64,000 bases of DNA from Histomonas meleagridis 2922-C6/04-290x (Eukaryota > Protista > Parabasalia), in NCBI GenBank assembly GCA_020184695.1, contig JAANOX010000186.1:1-64000 (forward strand), given 5' to 3'. Below, one piece after another: positions 63,230 through 64,000 of this stretch; position 1 is the first letter of the stretch, and the number at the start of each line of letters is the position of its first letter. The position numbers and the translations under genes were made by a program. Under the pieces are notes generated by a model. The model ran no database searches and had not been told where the DNA came from. It saw only the letters and a program-made list of their open reading frames with translations.

Positions 63230-64000
63230 TCACTTTTTGATTAAACTGTCCCTTTCTTTCATCATGAGTTGGAGCCTTTCAAATAATGCTTTCCCTTCAA
63301 GAGTGTCTTTTCCTCTTCGTTTGATCTCTTGCGCATCACTTAATATCTGTTTCTTGACCATGTTAATGTAATCTTGAACAGATATCTTCGAGGTTTTGAT
63401 GCTATTCTCCAATTCAATTAACCGTTTTTCGACGGTTTTTAGCTGCTCTTCCATTTTCGGTGGATAAACAACATTAAACGACTTGAACGCTTCGATGTTC
63501 TTGGACGTGGACTCCTTGATATGACGGAGCGCTTGTAAGCAAATGAACCTCTCAAGTTCCCATGGCTCTAGTAATCGACATGGAACAAGTTTCGAAGAAA
63601 GTTGCTTCTTCTCTTCTGGAGTAAGCTGGCTCACTTCTCGTGGCGTTACCTTAAGAGTAGGCTTTTGGATTTGTGCATCTTTGGCAATTGTGTAATAATC
63701 AATTTCGCAAACTTTGTACTCTGGGGTCTTGAGAGAAGTGTTGGCTTTAATTTCAATGGTTATGGAATATTGGGTATTGTGCTTGGAGTTTGCTACTGGA
63801 TCCATTATGAAATCTTTTTGAACTTTTGATTGAGACTCGAGAAGAGCAACGGGTATATCTAACGTGGCTACTTTGGCTTCGCTAATCTTGAAGAGATGTT
63901 TAGTAAAGCAAATAAGCTCGAGTTTAACTGATTTACGTAGAAAACGTTCAACAAAATTTGGATGATTGCGTCTGATACAGTTGAACGAAATGGGAAACGA
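63230..64000 (-). CDS. 3' part of a CC2D1/Lgd-like C2-domain protein (5' end outside window)
   Basis: The frame is open from 64000 (SFPISFNCIRRNHPNFVERFLRKSVKLEL...LLESQS). The C2-like segment and C-terminal helices (ISVQDYINMVKKQI...ERLQLMMKE) resemble CC2D1. Confidence 0.6.
   Translation of the reverse strand, partial: SFPISFNCIRRNHPNFVERFLRKSVKLELICFTKHLFKISEAKVATLDIPVALLESQSKVQKDFIMDPVANSKHNTQYSITIEIKANTSLKTPEYKVCEIDYYTIAKDAQIQKPTLKVTPREVSQLTPEEKKQLSSKLVPCRLLEPWELERFICLQALRHIKESTSKNIEAFKSFNVVYPPKMEEQLKTVEKRLIELENSIKTSKISVQDYINMVKKQILSDAQEIKRRGKDTLEGKALFERLQLMMKERDSLIKK

Overview
AT-rich, gene-dense eukaryotic DNA, not prokaryotic. The gene set points to a parabasalid protist, probably Tritrichomonas/Histomonas-like (inference): BspA-type LRR surface proteins, a DUF3447-ankyrin protein, a PAS/transmembrane adenylyl-cyclase-like protein, bacterial-type GDH and enolase, and TCA(T/C)T Inr motifs. 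Housekeeping genes include a cyclin, Vps16, a cNMP-binding protein, glucosidase II beta, a bromodomain protein, an ARM-like protein, ATR, GDH, enolase, a CAMK-group kinase, a USP7-like hydrolase, CFAP45, a DNAH10-like dynein, OST48 and a CC2D1-like gene. There are also several pseudogenes and a local duplication around a BspA gene. Main discovery: two unrelated ankyrin genes (2587-3786 and 34148-37176, minus strand) look shattered in the ORF track. They decode into intact consensus ankyrin proteins if fixed 17-nt, non-GT-AG, codon-boundary inserts are removed. In the larger gene these inserts alternate with single-codon (3-nt) micro-exons in the beta-hairpin of every repeat: read one codon, skip 17 nt, up to four times. 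By manual parsing there are 52 inserts, about 50 of them exactly 17 nt and none ending in AG. I know of no described mechanism that fits, but could not search the literature or transcript data. All counts were made by hand.
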